Positions 39,448 to 49,139 of a DNA stretch of 64,000 nt are shown piece after piece. Numbering within the stretch: position 1 is the stretch's first letter; every line of letters starts with the position of its first letter. Position numbers and translations under genes: made by a program. This DNA comes from a virus: the IMG/VR virus record IMGVR_UViG_3300042197_001567, positions 1 to 64,000 of that record, one strand, 5' to 3'. Below the pieces are notes generated by a model that did no database searches, was not told where the DNA came from, and saw only the letters and a list, made by a program, of their open reading frames with translations.

Positions 39448-40105
39448 AACTTTTTGATATTTTTTCTAATGATAATTTAAATTCTGATAAAGTGGATATT
39501 TTATGATCACATTGAACATCTTTATTATATGCAGTTTCAAATTTAATTACGGTTTTATTGTTCGGGACGTTGTTTAGTAAAGAAGGATTGGCCGTTAGCA
39601 ATACATCAACTTCATCCCACATTTGATTTTTAGTTATTTCACTATAGAATAAAATTTTTTCAATCAAACAACCAAACTTACTTAAGAAAAATAAAGATGC
39701 CGGTTTTGATTTACCAATCTCGTCTGACACTATAAGTAAATTATATTCATCTCGTAAGTCATAATAAATTTCATTTAGTAAATTAAATGTATTCATTTCT
39801 GTTGATGGTGCATGTCCGAATAATTCCATAGTATATTCTTCATACATAAAACTATATAATTCATCTTTGTCTTGAAACTTGTAATGATTCATAAGATCTA
39901 AAGAATTGACATCACTAATAATACCATATTCGAATGAATTTGTGTTATAAGTTTCCTCTGTGTTCCCAGAATAATCCATATTGTACGTTCTACCTAAAAA
40001 CATTTCGTGATCAACGTCGACCAAATGTTTTTCGTAAAGTTGTTTAAATTTTTCTAAAGTGTCTCTTAACACACCATTAATTTCAATCCCTATTCTCATC
40101 GTCAT
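39440..40105 (-). CDS. HAD-fold 5'(3')-deoxyribonucleotidase-like protein with degenerate motif I
   Basis: RIGIEINGVLRD (canonical DxDGV) and C-terminal AYN. Confidence 0.55.
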   Translation of the reverse strand: MTMRIGIEINGVLRDTLEKFKQLYEKHLVDVDHEMFLGRTYNMDYSGNTEETYNTNSFEYGIISDVNSLDLMNHYKFQDKDELYSFMYEEYTMELFGHAPSTEMNTFNLLNEIYYDLRDEYNLLIVSDEIGKSKPASLFFLSKFGCLIEKILFYSEITKNQMWDEVDVLLTANPSLLNNVPNNKTVIKFETAYNKDVQCDHKISTLSEFKLSLEKISKSYV

Positions 40106-40820
40106 ATTTTTTTAGTATTTTACCGATTAATGGATTTCTAACATTTTTGGCGTTTCCAAAATCATATATCCCAACGTCATCAACATTTTTAAATCTTTGA
40201 ATTGCGTCGTACAATCCGGATTGTTTTTTGTCTTTATATCTATCGGTTTGCTCAAGATCACCAGAAATAAAAAACTTACTGTTGAACCCAATTCTGGTTA
40301 ATAATAGTTTCATCTGATTTGGTGTTGAGTTTTGTGATTCTTCAAATATCAAAATAGAATTGTCGATATTCATACCTCTCATGTATGCTAAAGCAAACAC
40401 CTCAATAATTTCAGCGTCTTTTAATTTTTCTCTTGCTTCTTTTCCGATAATTTTATTTAACAAATAATATGATGGAAAAATATACGGGTCTAATTTTTCT
40501 TCTAAATTTCCAGGGAGAGACCCAAGTTTTTCTTCCGCCTCAACTGCTGGTCTAACAATGATAATTTTTTCATAAGAATTTTCGGGATCCATAAGTAAAT
40601 CAACAGCCGCTTTCATTGCAATATAGGATTTACCAACACCGGCAGGTCCTGAAGCTATTGTAATTTGATTTGACTTTAATATCTTATAATATTCTTCTTG
40701 TTCTTCAGATAAAAATTTATTTCTTTGTTTTCTTTTAATTATAGTGTTAATGAAATCTTTTTTAGAAAGAAGAGGTGTTGGTTCTTCTTTCACTGGGGTT
40801 TGTTTTTTTCTTGTTGTCAT
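40083..40820 (-). CDS. phoH: PhoH-like ATPase
   Basis: GPAGVGKS, RPAVE, LGSLPG, AYMRG, ESQN, LLTRIG, GDLEQTD, VRNPL. Confidence 0.95.
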   Translation of the reverse strand: MTTRKKQTPVKEEPTPLLSKKDFINTIIKRKQRNKFLSEEQEEYYKILKSNQITIASGPAGVGKSYIAMKAAVDLLMDPENSYEKIIIVRPAVEAEEKLGSLPGNLEEKLDPYIFPSYYLLNKIIGKEAREKLKDAEIIEVFALAYMRGMNIDNSILIFEESQNSTPNQMKLLLTRIGFNSKFFISGDLEQTDRYKDKKQSGLYDAIQRFKNVDDVGIYDFGNAKNVRNPLIGKILKKYDDENRD

Positions 40821-41266
40821 TAAGTTGCAAATCTTTTTTTAGATTCCTGTTTATAGATTTCTTGTCTTAAAGATGATGTTGAAAAATGATGGTCTCTTCT
40901 ATTATAAATGACTTTAATTCCTCTTTTTTGACATATATCTTTTGCCGTAAAATCTTGGTTCTTATAGTCCTCACCTATGATTCTAACATCTAGATCCAGT
41001 GCGGAAAATAATGTCTCTAACTCTTCTTCAGTTGAATATGGTATAATTTTGTCAACATAATTAACCGCATCGAGTTGTATATATCTCTCAACTAAAGATT
41101 GTATTGGTTTATTTTTTTCGGGTCTGTCTATTGTTGGGTCAACTTGTAATGCACAAATTAAAAAATCACAATATTTTTTACATTCCTCTAACATTATAAT
41201 ATGTCCAGTATGTAATAAGTCAAATGTACTACAAGTAATACCAATTATTTTATTTTCTATTTTCAT
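40820..41266 (-). CDS. Cytidylyltransferase (TagD/RfaE-II-like)
   Basis: STFDLLHTGH (HxGH), ER, GEDY, RDHHFSTS. Confidence 0.9.
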   Translation of the reverse strand: MKIENKIIGITCSTFDLLHTGHIIMLEECKKYCDFLICALQVDPTIDRPEKNKPIQSLVERYIQLDAVNYVDKIIPYSTEEELETLFSALDLDVRIIGEDYKNQDFTAKDICQKRGIKVIYNRRDHHFSTSSLRQEIYKQESKKRFAT

Positions 41267-41292
41267 AATATTAATCTATCACAAAAATAAAT

Positions 41293-42672
41293 TTAGTCCA
41301 CATTAAAGATTAATAACATTTCATAGTTTTTAGGAAGATATTGATTATCTTCCGGTTTAATTGTTGTGTAAGTTATATTTTGTTTTTCTCTTTTAAATAA
41401 ATCTTTTCCGTTCTTTACAACGTCCATAATATGTTCTTCGTTTACAAATTCTCCATTATTATACTCTTGGTGTGAAAAATTTTGAATTTTATTTTTAATA
41501 AAATTTACATCCCCAAAATATGAAAAATGCCAACCTCCTTTTTGTACCACACTTCCATCACCCATTCTAACTCTTTGAGGTGAGTTAATTGTTTTATAAG
41601 TTCCATAATTAATAACTTTTGGAAAATGCCAAACACCATTAAATTTACAAGTTAAATTATAATAATACATTTCCTGTCTCAATGTCATTAAAGATTTTAC
41701 CAATTTTTTAGCTTTAAGTTCTTTGATGGTATTTGTGTCTGGTATTTCATCAACATCGGTTATAAGAATAATGTCATCATCATTTAATGATAATTGTTTA
41801 ATACCTTTATCAATTGCATTTCTTTGTGTTGTTTCATTTGTCCAGGGGTTAGAATGGTTAAGTTCGTCCTCAACAATATGGATAATTTTATTAAGATATT
41901 TTTCATAACGTTCCTTATTTTCCTCAAAAAACAATGGCTTTTCTTTACCGACAAATGTTTTTGTGGACTCAACTAAAACAAATTTATCAACTAAACCATC
42001 AAGTTCTTTCAATCTAAATTCTAACATATCAAACTCATTATAAAAAATAAAACAATCTATTATTTTTGTTTCACTTTCTTCTTTGATTTCTTGTTCTCCT
42101 TTGGTAAAGATAGAAGTCATACTATCATAATTAATTTTTTCGTCTTTTTTAAAAATCTCAATATTTTTCATTTGGTTTATTATATTGGATAGGGAAGGTA
42201 AAGTTTCACTTTTAGTTAAAATCTGGTAAGGAGTGACCTTTGAATCGATATATTCTTCTCTAAAGGATGTATGAAGATCCTCAATCACATAAAATCCAGA
42301 ATTTTTTAATTTTGGCCAAAGGATCTCTAATGATTTTAATTGGTGTGATGTCATATGACTACCGTCGTCAATGATAATATCGAAAAAATCATCTTGATAT
42401 AATTTAGTTAAATTATCGTCCGCTTGTGAAATTTTTGTAAAATGAAATCTTTCGTGTTGAAAATTGATGTCGATAATATCGATGCAATATATTTCAGCGT
42501 TTTGAAAATAATCTAACCATGTTTTAATTGAATTTCCGGATAGAAATCCTATTTCTAATAGATTAATTTTTTCATTTCGTAAATTATTAAATTTAGAATC
42601 ATAAAAATCTAGAAACTTATGATAAGTCGCTTTGTCAGTTTTGTAGGATAATCCTATTTCTTGTAGTGTCAT
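41293..42672 (-). CDS. SAM methyltransferase fused to a GT17-like glycosyltransferase
   Basis: N-part TDK...LLEIG...IIDDGSH...YVIED; C-part DCFIFYNE.DML..R..EL, TDVDEIP, GGWHFSYFG. Confidence 0.8.
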   Translation of the reverse strand: MTLQEIGLSYKTDKATYHKFLDFYDSKFNNLRNEKINLLEIGFLSGNSIKTWLDYFQNAEIYCIDIIDINFQHERFHFTKISQADDNLTKLYQDDFFDIIIDDGSHMTSHQLKSLEILWPKLKNSGFYVIEDLHTSFREEYIDSKVTPYQILTKSETLPSLSNIINQMKNIEIFKKDEKINYDSMTSIFTKGEQEIKEESETKIIDCFIFYNEFDMLEFRLKELDGLVDKFVLVESTKTFVGKEKPLFFEENKERYEKYLNKIIHIVEDELNHSNPWTNETTQRNAIDKGIKQLSLNDDDIILITDVDEIPDTNTIKELKAKKLVKSLMTLRQEMYYYNLTCKFNGVWHFPKVINYGTYKTINSPQRVRMGDGSVVQKGGWHFSYFGDVNFIKNKIQNFSHQEYNNGEFVNEEHIMDVVKNGKDLFKREKQNITYTTIKPEDNQYLPKNYEMLLIFNVD

Positions 42673-43367
42673 ATTGTAATTTTTTTTCTGTTATAAAATA
42701 TGTGTGATGCTCGATATTCACAATCAACAATCACATTTTGTGGTACTTTAATATAACCATAATCATAAAAATCAAAAATATTTACCCAGAATTTTTCTGG
42801 TTGTTCATTACAATGATGGTAATGAGCTGAATTTGTGCCAGGGGGCTCAAAAGAAAACCAAATAATATCTGAATGGTCAACCAGTGTTTTAATTAAAGTG
42901 GCACTAAAAGGAGTTTCGATATGTTCAGCAACTTCAGTACAACAAACCATATCAAATCTTTTTTCTAGGTTTATTGGTAATCTTAAATCGTGTCTTTTTA
43001 TAATTTCTGTTGATATACCTTTACTTATTGACGAATCATAACCACAAATAGAACCCTCAAGTGCAAAAATACCAATATTTCTATTTAAAAATTCTTTTGT
43101 AAACCATCCACCACCACAACCAACTTCTAATACCGAATTAAGATTTTTATTTGTTATTTTTTTGTAATAATTGATAACATGACCTACATATTTTTTTGTG
43201 ACAATATAAGATACATGATCATGTTTAAAATAATTTTTTTCATAGAATGTGTCAATGTCAAATAATTCAAAGGAATTTGGGTGATCTTCATCAAACCACC
43301 ATTTTTGATTTTTACCAATCCACCCAATATCTTGACCGGATTCATTAAATACTTCTACTTTTTTCAT
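42669..43367 (-). CDS. Class I SAM-dependent methyltransferase
   Basis: VLEVGCGGG, FDMVCCTEVAEH, HHCNEQ..FW. Confidence 0.85.
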   Translation of the reverse strand: MKKVEVFNESGQDIGWIGKNQKWWFDEDHPNSFELFDIDTFYEKNYFKHDHVSYIVTKKYVGHVINYYKKITNKNLNSVLEVGCGGGWFTKEFLNRNIGIFALEGSICGYDSSISKGISTEIIKRHDLRLPINLEKRFDMVCCTEVAEHIETPFSATLIKTLVDHSDIIWFSFEPPGTNSAHYHHCNEQPEKFWVNIFDFYDYGYIKVPQNVIVDCEYRASHIFYNRKKITI

Positions 43368-43368
43368 A

Positions 43369-44049
43369 TTATCTTTTTCTCCATTTATTCATAAACACAC
43401 GACCTAATCCATCAGTCATTTCATATTTCTTTCTTCCTTCAAGAAATCCATGACTTTTACTTAAAAGGTGTGTTACTTTTGATTTTGTAATAAGCGCGTG
43501 TTTAATATTGTTTTTCTTTAAACTTTGAGCATAATCATTGTCCTGATACCAAAATGTAAATTGTTCATCAAATCCACCAATTGTTTGAATTGCCGATTTA
43601 TGAACCAATATTGACCAACCAGCAACTTCATATGAAGTTCTATACCCATAGTAAATGTCAGACTTTTTATCAAATGTTTGATGTCTGTGCCAATCATCAT
43701 CCATAGGTGACATAGATAAAATTTGATTGTCATGATTATGAGCAATCATCATTTCTTCTAAAAAGTTTTTGTGATATATTGTATCATTGTTGGATATCAA
43801 AACCCAATCATTTTTACAATCCTTAAGTCCAATATTTAAAAATTTGTTGTAATTAAATTCTTCCTTTGGTTGTATTACTTTAACATTTGGTTGATCATAT
43901 TTGTATCCGTTAATCCAATCAGTTTCAATTAATAAAATATTAAATTTAATATCTTCAGAACTAGAGTTTAGACTATTAATACAGTCATTATTCATTTTTA
44001 AAATTGAGTCGTCTTTTACATAACTCAAAATTATTACATCTACTACCAT
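43369..44049 (-). CDS. Glycosyltransferase family 2
   Basis: VIILSY, FNYNK.LN.G, SNND, GGFDEQF.FWYQDND. Confidence 0.85.
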   Translation of the reverse strand: MVVDVIILSYVKDDSILKMNNDCINSLNSSSEDIKFNILLIETDWINGYKYDQPNVKVIQPKEEFNYNKFLNIGLKDCKNDWVLISNNDTIYHKNFLEEMMIAHNHDNQILSMSPMDDDWHRHQTFDKKSDIYYGYRTSYEVAGWSILVHKSAIQTIGGFDEQFTFWYQDNDYAQSLKKNNIKHALITKSKVTHLLSKSHGFLEGRKKYEMTDGLGRVFMNKWRKR

Positions 44050-44100
44050 CTTATTTATTATTATAAACGTGTTTTATTGTGTTGTAAATATATAAGTTTA

Positions 44101-44244
44101 TTATAAGGCCCTTTTTGTTGTCCAAACTATTATACGTTTACGTTCCAACTTAATTTTTAATTTTTCTTCTACCTGATTGCGAGTTAATAACTCACCTTCA
44201 ATGACCATAACATTTTTTTCTAATTTACTAATGGTTGGTTGCAT
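44101..44244 (-). CDS. 47-aa hypothetical protein not in the ORF track
   Basis: ATG at 44244 directly after the upstream stop; MQPTISKLEKNV...KRAL. Confidence 0.5.
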   Translation of the reverse strand: MQPTISKLEKNVMVIEGELLTRNQVEEKLKIKLERKRIIVWTTKRAL

Positions 44245-44245
44245 T

Positions 44246-45769
44246 TTATCTATTTCCATATAAATGTCTAATAACATTCATGACAAATTGTTGGTTTACT
44301 AATGGTGTTTCTGTTGGTGTTATTCCGTGTTTTCGTTTATAATGTTCTGTACCAACTCTAAAGTTTTCATTCCATTCCGGAGTTCTTGCAATTGTACTTT
44401 CCTGTATTGAGTTTGGAATATCGGTCAAGTAATCCCAACTTTTATCAATATCCGCAAAATACCAAAAAGGTGGGTGAAAATTATTTTTAATTGCTTGATA
44501 AGTGTGCTCAACATGTTCCCAAGCGTTTTTAAACATCGGATCAAATAAACCAATTTTATCTAATACTGATTTGTGATAGTACGAAAATGCACCAACGCAA
44601 TTAGGATATAAAACAACACTGACACCTTCTGGATATGGTACTACCATTCTTGGATTTGGTTCTCCATCAACATCTTTTCTATCTTCAAGAGTTGTAAAAC
44701 CCGTGGATCCTTTTTTATTTGCTGGACCATGAAGTGCAAAATTTAAATGTTTTATCCCGGAAATAACTGAATGTCTTATGTATTGTTCAAAAACTTTTTC
44801 GTTTTTAATTAATATGTCGTCTTCCATAAGAAATATGTGCTCACAACCTTGATCTAACAAATATTTCATTGCGGTATTTTTTGCTGCCCCAACACATTGA
44901 TTTGTTTCATGTTGAATGATGTGTGCTTGTTCTGGATATGATGAACTATCGTATGGAGTACCATCATTTACAATTACAAAGTTTTTCATCCACTTTGGTA
45001 CTGTAAATGCAGATTGTTTGATTCTGTGTTCTGCTTTATATGTTGTCATCCCAATACCAACTTTAGAAATATCAAATTCCATTTTTTCTTCTAAAGTTTT
45101 ATTGTTGGATAATCTTACGGGAAGATTATTCTTATATTTTTCTTCGAATTTTGTTTTATTTTGTTCCCACTGTTCGTTGGTCATGCCAACAGATTTGTGA
45201 GTAACTCTAATTAAAGTTGTAACTCCAAGTTTAACCCCATTTAAGTAGTTTTCAAAACAAAATGGAATTTCATAAAAATGAAACCCTTTGAACTCTTCGT
45301 TGAAATTTGATTTTAATTTTGTTTTATCAACGGCAAAAAATAACCCGTCAAGAACAACAACTTCTTTAATTTTATTTCCTTGGTCAGGCGAATATGTGTT
45401 AGTCCATTTTTTTCCTTCATGTTTGTGTGAAACGATTCCGGTCATTGATTCTTTCATTGTCCACCAACGACCATCAATTAAATCTGTGGTTCCTGCAATT
45501 CCAATTACACCGAATTCGGGGTTTTTAGAAAATAATTTTAATAATTTTTCACCCCAATTTTTTGTATCGAATTCAATATCGTCATGACAAAAAACAACTA
45601 TATCATTTTTCGACTCATTTAAAATTTCATTATAAACTTGTGCCAATCCTTTTTCACCATTATTTACCTTTTCGATAAATTCATAGTGTTTGTTTTTTCC
45701 ACAAGAGCTTCTTAAATATTCTAAAAGTTGTGGATTATGTTGTCTAGTTGAGTATCCTAATGTTATCAT
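44246..45769 (-). CDS. Double GT-A (GT2-like) glycosyltransferase
   Basis: Domain 1 FCHDD...LDG.F...FHFYE; domain 2 VNDG, AKN, LMEDD, EHVE. Confidence 0.8.
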   Translation of the reverse strand: MITLGYSTRQHNPQLLEYLRSSCGKNKHYEFIEKVNNGEKGLAQVYNEILNESKNDIVVFCHDDIEFDTKNWGEKLLKLFSKNPEFGVIGIAGTTDLIDGRWWTMKESMTGIVSHKHEGKKWTNTYSPDQGNKIKEVVVLDGLFFAVDKTKLKSNFNEEFKGFHFYEIPFCFENYLNGVKLGVTTLIRVTHKSVGMTNEQWEQNKTKFEEKYKNNLPVRLSNNKTLEEKMEFDISKVGIGMTTYKAEHRIKQSAFTVPKWMKNFVIVNDGTPYDSSSYPEQAHIIQHETNQCVGAAKNTAMKYLLDQGCEHIFLMEDDILIKNEKVFEQYIRHSVISGIKHLNFALHGPANKKGSTGFTTLEDRKDVDGEPNPRMVVPYPEGVSVVLYPNCVGAFSYYHKSVLDKIGLFDPMFKNAWEHVEHTYQAIKNNFHPPFWYFADIDKSWDYLTDIPNSIQESTIARTPEWNENFRVGTEHYKRKHGITPTETPLVNQQFVMNVIRHLYGNR

Positions 45770-46329
45770 ATGCCTGTACTTCCAAAACCTTTATCGGACC
45801 TATCTTTATTTTTAATAGTTCCTACTTCTACTAGTCTAATCCACTTACCACAAACAACAGGAGATACGACCGCTTGAGCAATTTTTTGTCCTTTTTCTAT
45901 TTTAACTTTTTGATTTGTAGTGTTGAATATAATTACTTGAATTTCACCAGTATAACCTTGATCTACAGTTCCTGGTGAATTTAAAACCATAAGACCTTGT
46001 TTAAGTGCTAATCCACTTTTTGATCTTACTTGGATTTCATATCCGTCTGGAATATCTATGTGTAGTCCAGTCGGTACTAAAATCCTATCGAAAGGATGAA
46101 CCCAGATATCTGTGGTTGAAAATAAATCAAAACCAGAATCCGTAGGATATGCATACTTTGGAGATGTTGCGTCTTCATTTGATTTAGAAAATTTAACGTC
46201 CATAGTTGGTTGATACGCAACCATCTCTTTTTCTAAAGAATCAATAGTAAAACCAAATCTTTCTTCAAAATTCTTAAACGAATTGTTTTCAAAATCATCA
46301 CTGAATAAATCTTCAATATTTTCTTCCAT
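45766..46329 (-). CDS. dut: Trimeric dUTPase
   Basis: SGFDL, RSKSGLA, GTVDQGYTGEI, IAQ, R...GFGSTG. Confidence 0.95.
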   Translation of the reverse strand: MEENIEDLFSDDFENNSFKNFEERFGFTIDSLEKEMVAYQPTMDVKFSKSNEDATSPKYAYPTDSGFDLFSTTDIWVHPFDRILVPTGLHIDIPDGYEIQVRSKSGLALKQGLMVLNSPGTVDQGYTGEIQVIIFNTTNQKVKIEKGQKIAQAVVSPVVCGKWIRLVEVGTIKNKDRSDKGFGSTGI

Positions 46330-47030
46330 TATTTTAAACTTTTTAATTTCATAATTGCGTCAATCAATACTTCAACATCTCTCTCACAGTATTCGGCAAT
46401 TTCTTTTAATTTATTTTGTTCCCAGTAGGATTCGTGTACTTTACCACCAGTTACCTCACCATCTTTTGGTGTCGGTATATCCAAACAAGCACACATCAAA
46501 TCTAATGAACCAATTGCGGTGTATGCCCCATATTGCCAAATTTCTTTTGTGTCAATTGCCTTTACCTCCCATGGTTTAGTATCGTAAGACGGAAGTATTT
46601 TAGATGGCATAATTCCATTTACAATCATACGTTTTGCTAACATAGGAATGTCAAAGTTTTTTAAATTATGACCGCAAAGGTAAAAGTCTAACTTATGACA
46701 ACGATTTAATAAATCTCGAACATCGGTTAACAATTTAACTTCGTCATCACCAGAAAACGTTTGTTTTTTTACTTCACCATTATCTAAAACAAATGCCATT
46801 GACACACAAACAATTTTTGCAAACTCCGGAACTAATGCGGTTCGTTTTGCGAAAATCTGATCTAATGAAAGTTGCGAATCTTCAGGAAATCTTTTTTGAA
46901 ACCAGTCGATATATTTAATGAATTGATCCGCCACTTTTGGATTACTGGTTTTACATGTTTCATAGTCCCTACAACCACCAACAGTTTCAATATCCAAAAA
47001 TAAAATTTTTGTTAAAGGTATATTTATCAT
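46329..47030 (-). CDS. DnaQ-like 3'-5' exonuclease (PolB exo-like)
   Basis: DIETV, GHN.KNFDIP, YCERDV. Confidence 0.9.
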   Translation of the reverse strand: MINIPLTKILFLDIETVGGCRDYETCKTSNPKVADQFIKYIDWFQKRFPEDSQLSLDQIFAKRTALVPEFAKIVCVSMAFVLDNGEVKKQTFSGDDEVKLLTDVRDLLNRCHKLDFYLCGHNLKNFDIPMLAKRMIVNGIMPSKILPSYDTKPWEVKAIDTKEIWQYGAYTAIGSLDLMCACLDIPTPKDGEVTGGKVHESYWEQNKLKEIAEYCERDVEVLIDAIMKLKSLK

Positions 47031-47863
47031 TATTTGTTTTTTAGTTTATCGATTATTTCCCACCCTTTGTTTTTACCATATGCTTTTAAAGTTGTGGTGC
47101 TAACAGACAATTTATTTTTTTTTACATGTTCAATAAATGAAGTATAACCCAAAAATTTTAAAATGTCATTAGATGGTGTTTTAATTACCCAAATAATTTT
47201 TCTAGAGTGAGATTGTTTTTCCACCGATTCCTTGCTCCTTTTCTTACCTAATCTAGATAAAGACATTTGTATTTTTCGTTCATCAGTATATTTTTTACCT
47301 TTGTTAGGTGATACTTGTCCTTTTTTTTTATCTGAAATTTTTTTCTTGGATTCATTAGACATTGGTTTTTTTTTTATACCTTTTAGTGACTCACTAATTT
47401 TTTTTCTTGTGTTGTCATTTATAATTCTACCTTTAGACACTTCTCTAATTTTTTTTCTAAAACCTTCAGACATTTTTAGACCTTTATTCCAACCACCGAT
47501 ATTTCTATTTTGATTTTTTGCGGTTTGAGACATTTTAATTTTACTTTCTTTGGTGTGTTTTTTTCCTAACATAGGGGATCCGCCGTCACCACCTGAAGTT
47601 AAATTAACTAAATTAAATCCCCAACATTTCATTTGATAAATCCAATATGACTCAATTTCATTTGATATGTCATCATCACAGATATCTAATATTTCCATAA
47701 CAATTTTTCTGTTATTTAATAAAACATTATTAATCCACTTTTCTTTATAAGTTTTTTTGTGTTTACTCTCATTGATGTGTGAGTGATATCTTTTGACGGT
47801 AAATTTTGTTTTACCAACATAACGGATTTTTTCTCCGTCGCTTAATGTGTAAATATAAGTCAT
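47030..47863 (-). mobile_element. Free-standing GIY-YIG homing endonuclease with NUMOD3 repeats
   Basis: YIY.L.....IRYVGKT, R..SH, E.YWI, N.T.GGDG, repeated H(T/S).E.K.KMS. Confidence 0.85.
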
Positions 47864-47891
47864 AACAATAAATATTATGACTTATATAATA

Positions 47892-49139
47892 TTACTTAAC
47901 TAAACTCAAATAAAAATCAGCTCTTGTTTTAGTGACCAAATTAAGATCATATCTATCTTTTACGGTTTCATACAATCTTTCTCCAAGATCTGTAATCATA
48001 TTTGGATTTTCAACCAATTTTTTAATCGATTTGAACCAATCGCTGTGATTTCTTGTCTCATCAACTAATAGTGCGTTTCCATCAGTAAACTGACCATTTT
48101 TAAGTGCGTGTTTTAAATCAATTGTATATGGACCAACGTTTGATGCGATTAATGCTTTTTTATAAAAGCCAGCCTCAATTACTTTTAATTGTGATTTCAT
48201 TCGATTAAATACATGATTTTTAATTGGTGCTAATGAAATATCAAATTTAGAATAATTTTTAGCATAGCTTGTAACCGGTCTTGTCCATACTCTAACATAA
48301 TTTTCATTCTCAACACCAAGGTAATCGTTCTCAATAAAAGTATCTAAATAATTTTTATACTTTTCTGAAATTATTTTGTAATTATCAGTAAAAATCTGTT
48401 CGTATTTAACCCAAACGGTTTCTTCAGGTCTAATTGGTCTTTGTGTTTTTTCACCAGTTTGTCTATTGATTTCAGTAACTTGTCCTCTAATGTCAAATCC
48501 ACAAACATAATACTGTAACTTATTTTGGTAGTTTGACAACTTTGGGACCAATCCGTCTAAAAGTTTTAAATCATGTAGGTGAGAAGATCCTCCTAACCAA
48601 CCAACTCTAATTTTTTCGGATGGTAGTGTTGGTTCACAAAACTGCGGGTCTTTTGGATCAACAGCATTAGGTAAAACAAAAACATTTTTATTAAATTTTC
48701 TAATTTCATTTGCAAACAATTCTGTGGTTGTCGTAACATAATCACAAACTTTAAGATTTGCCATAATTTTCTCGTGCAATTTGTTTGACACGATTAACTG
48801 ATGAATTGGATGTTCTTTTGTTGGTAACCAATAATCATCAATATCTCCAATTACAACAATACCTAATGACCGTAATGATTTAATTAAATTTGGTGTGTTA
48901 TCGTAATCTGAACCTATGGTTCTGTGAAAATGTACAATCTGATATTTTTTCCAGTAATTTATATCGTTAATTCTTGGCGAATAATCAATATCAACATGAA
49001 ACTCGTCTGGAAAAAGATTTTGTAATTTAACGTGGGGGTCAACTGAACGGAATTTACCTCAGCCAACCCCCGACTGGTCACTTGGAAGAACCAATACTCT
49101 GATTCTTTCACGACCATTCAAGGGGTTATTTTGTGTCAT
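47892..49139 (-). CDS. GT-B (GT4-like) glycosyltransferase; full frame from ATG 49139 interrupted by one in-frame TGA (codon 27, 49059-49061)
   Basis: MTQNN...RIRVLVLPSDQSGVG*GKFRSVDPH...DIDDYW...RVGWLGGSSH..DL...LAP....FN..KSQLKVIEAG; otherwise open for 416 codons. Confidence 0.85.
49034..49071 (-). other. GC-rich mRNA hairpin containing the in-frame UGA (candidate recoding signal)
   Basis: GGGGGUUGGCUGA pairs with UCAGUUGACCCCC (13 bp, 3 G:U); inner loop GGUAAAUUCCGU. Confidence 0.7.

Noticed and set aside
47892-48791. ORF-track start at 48791 for the glycosyltransferase
   Set aside because: It would omit the N-terminal GT-B strand, Gly loop and DIDDYW motif, which are encoded in frame upstream
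49059-49061. Genome-wide UGA reassignment (code 4/25) explaining the in-frame TGA
   Set aside because: TGA terminates several genes here (e.g. ends at 10678, 32397, 33904, 36521, 40083, 42669, 45766), and no other gene appears broken by TGA
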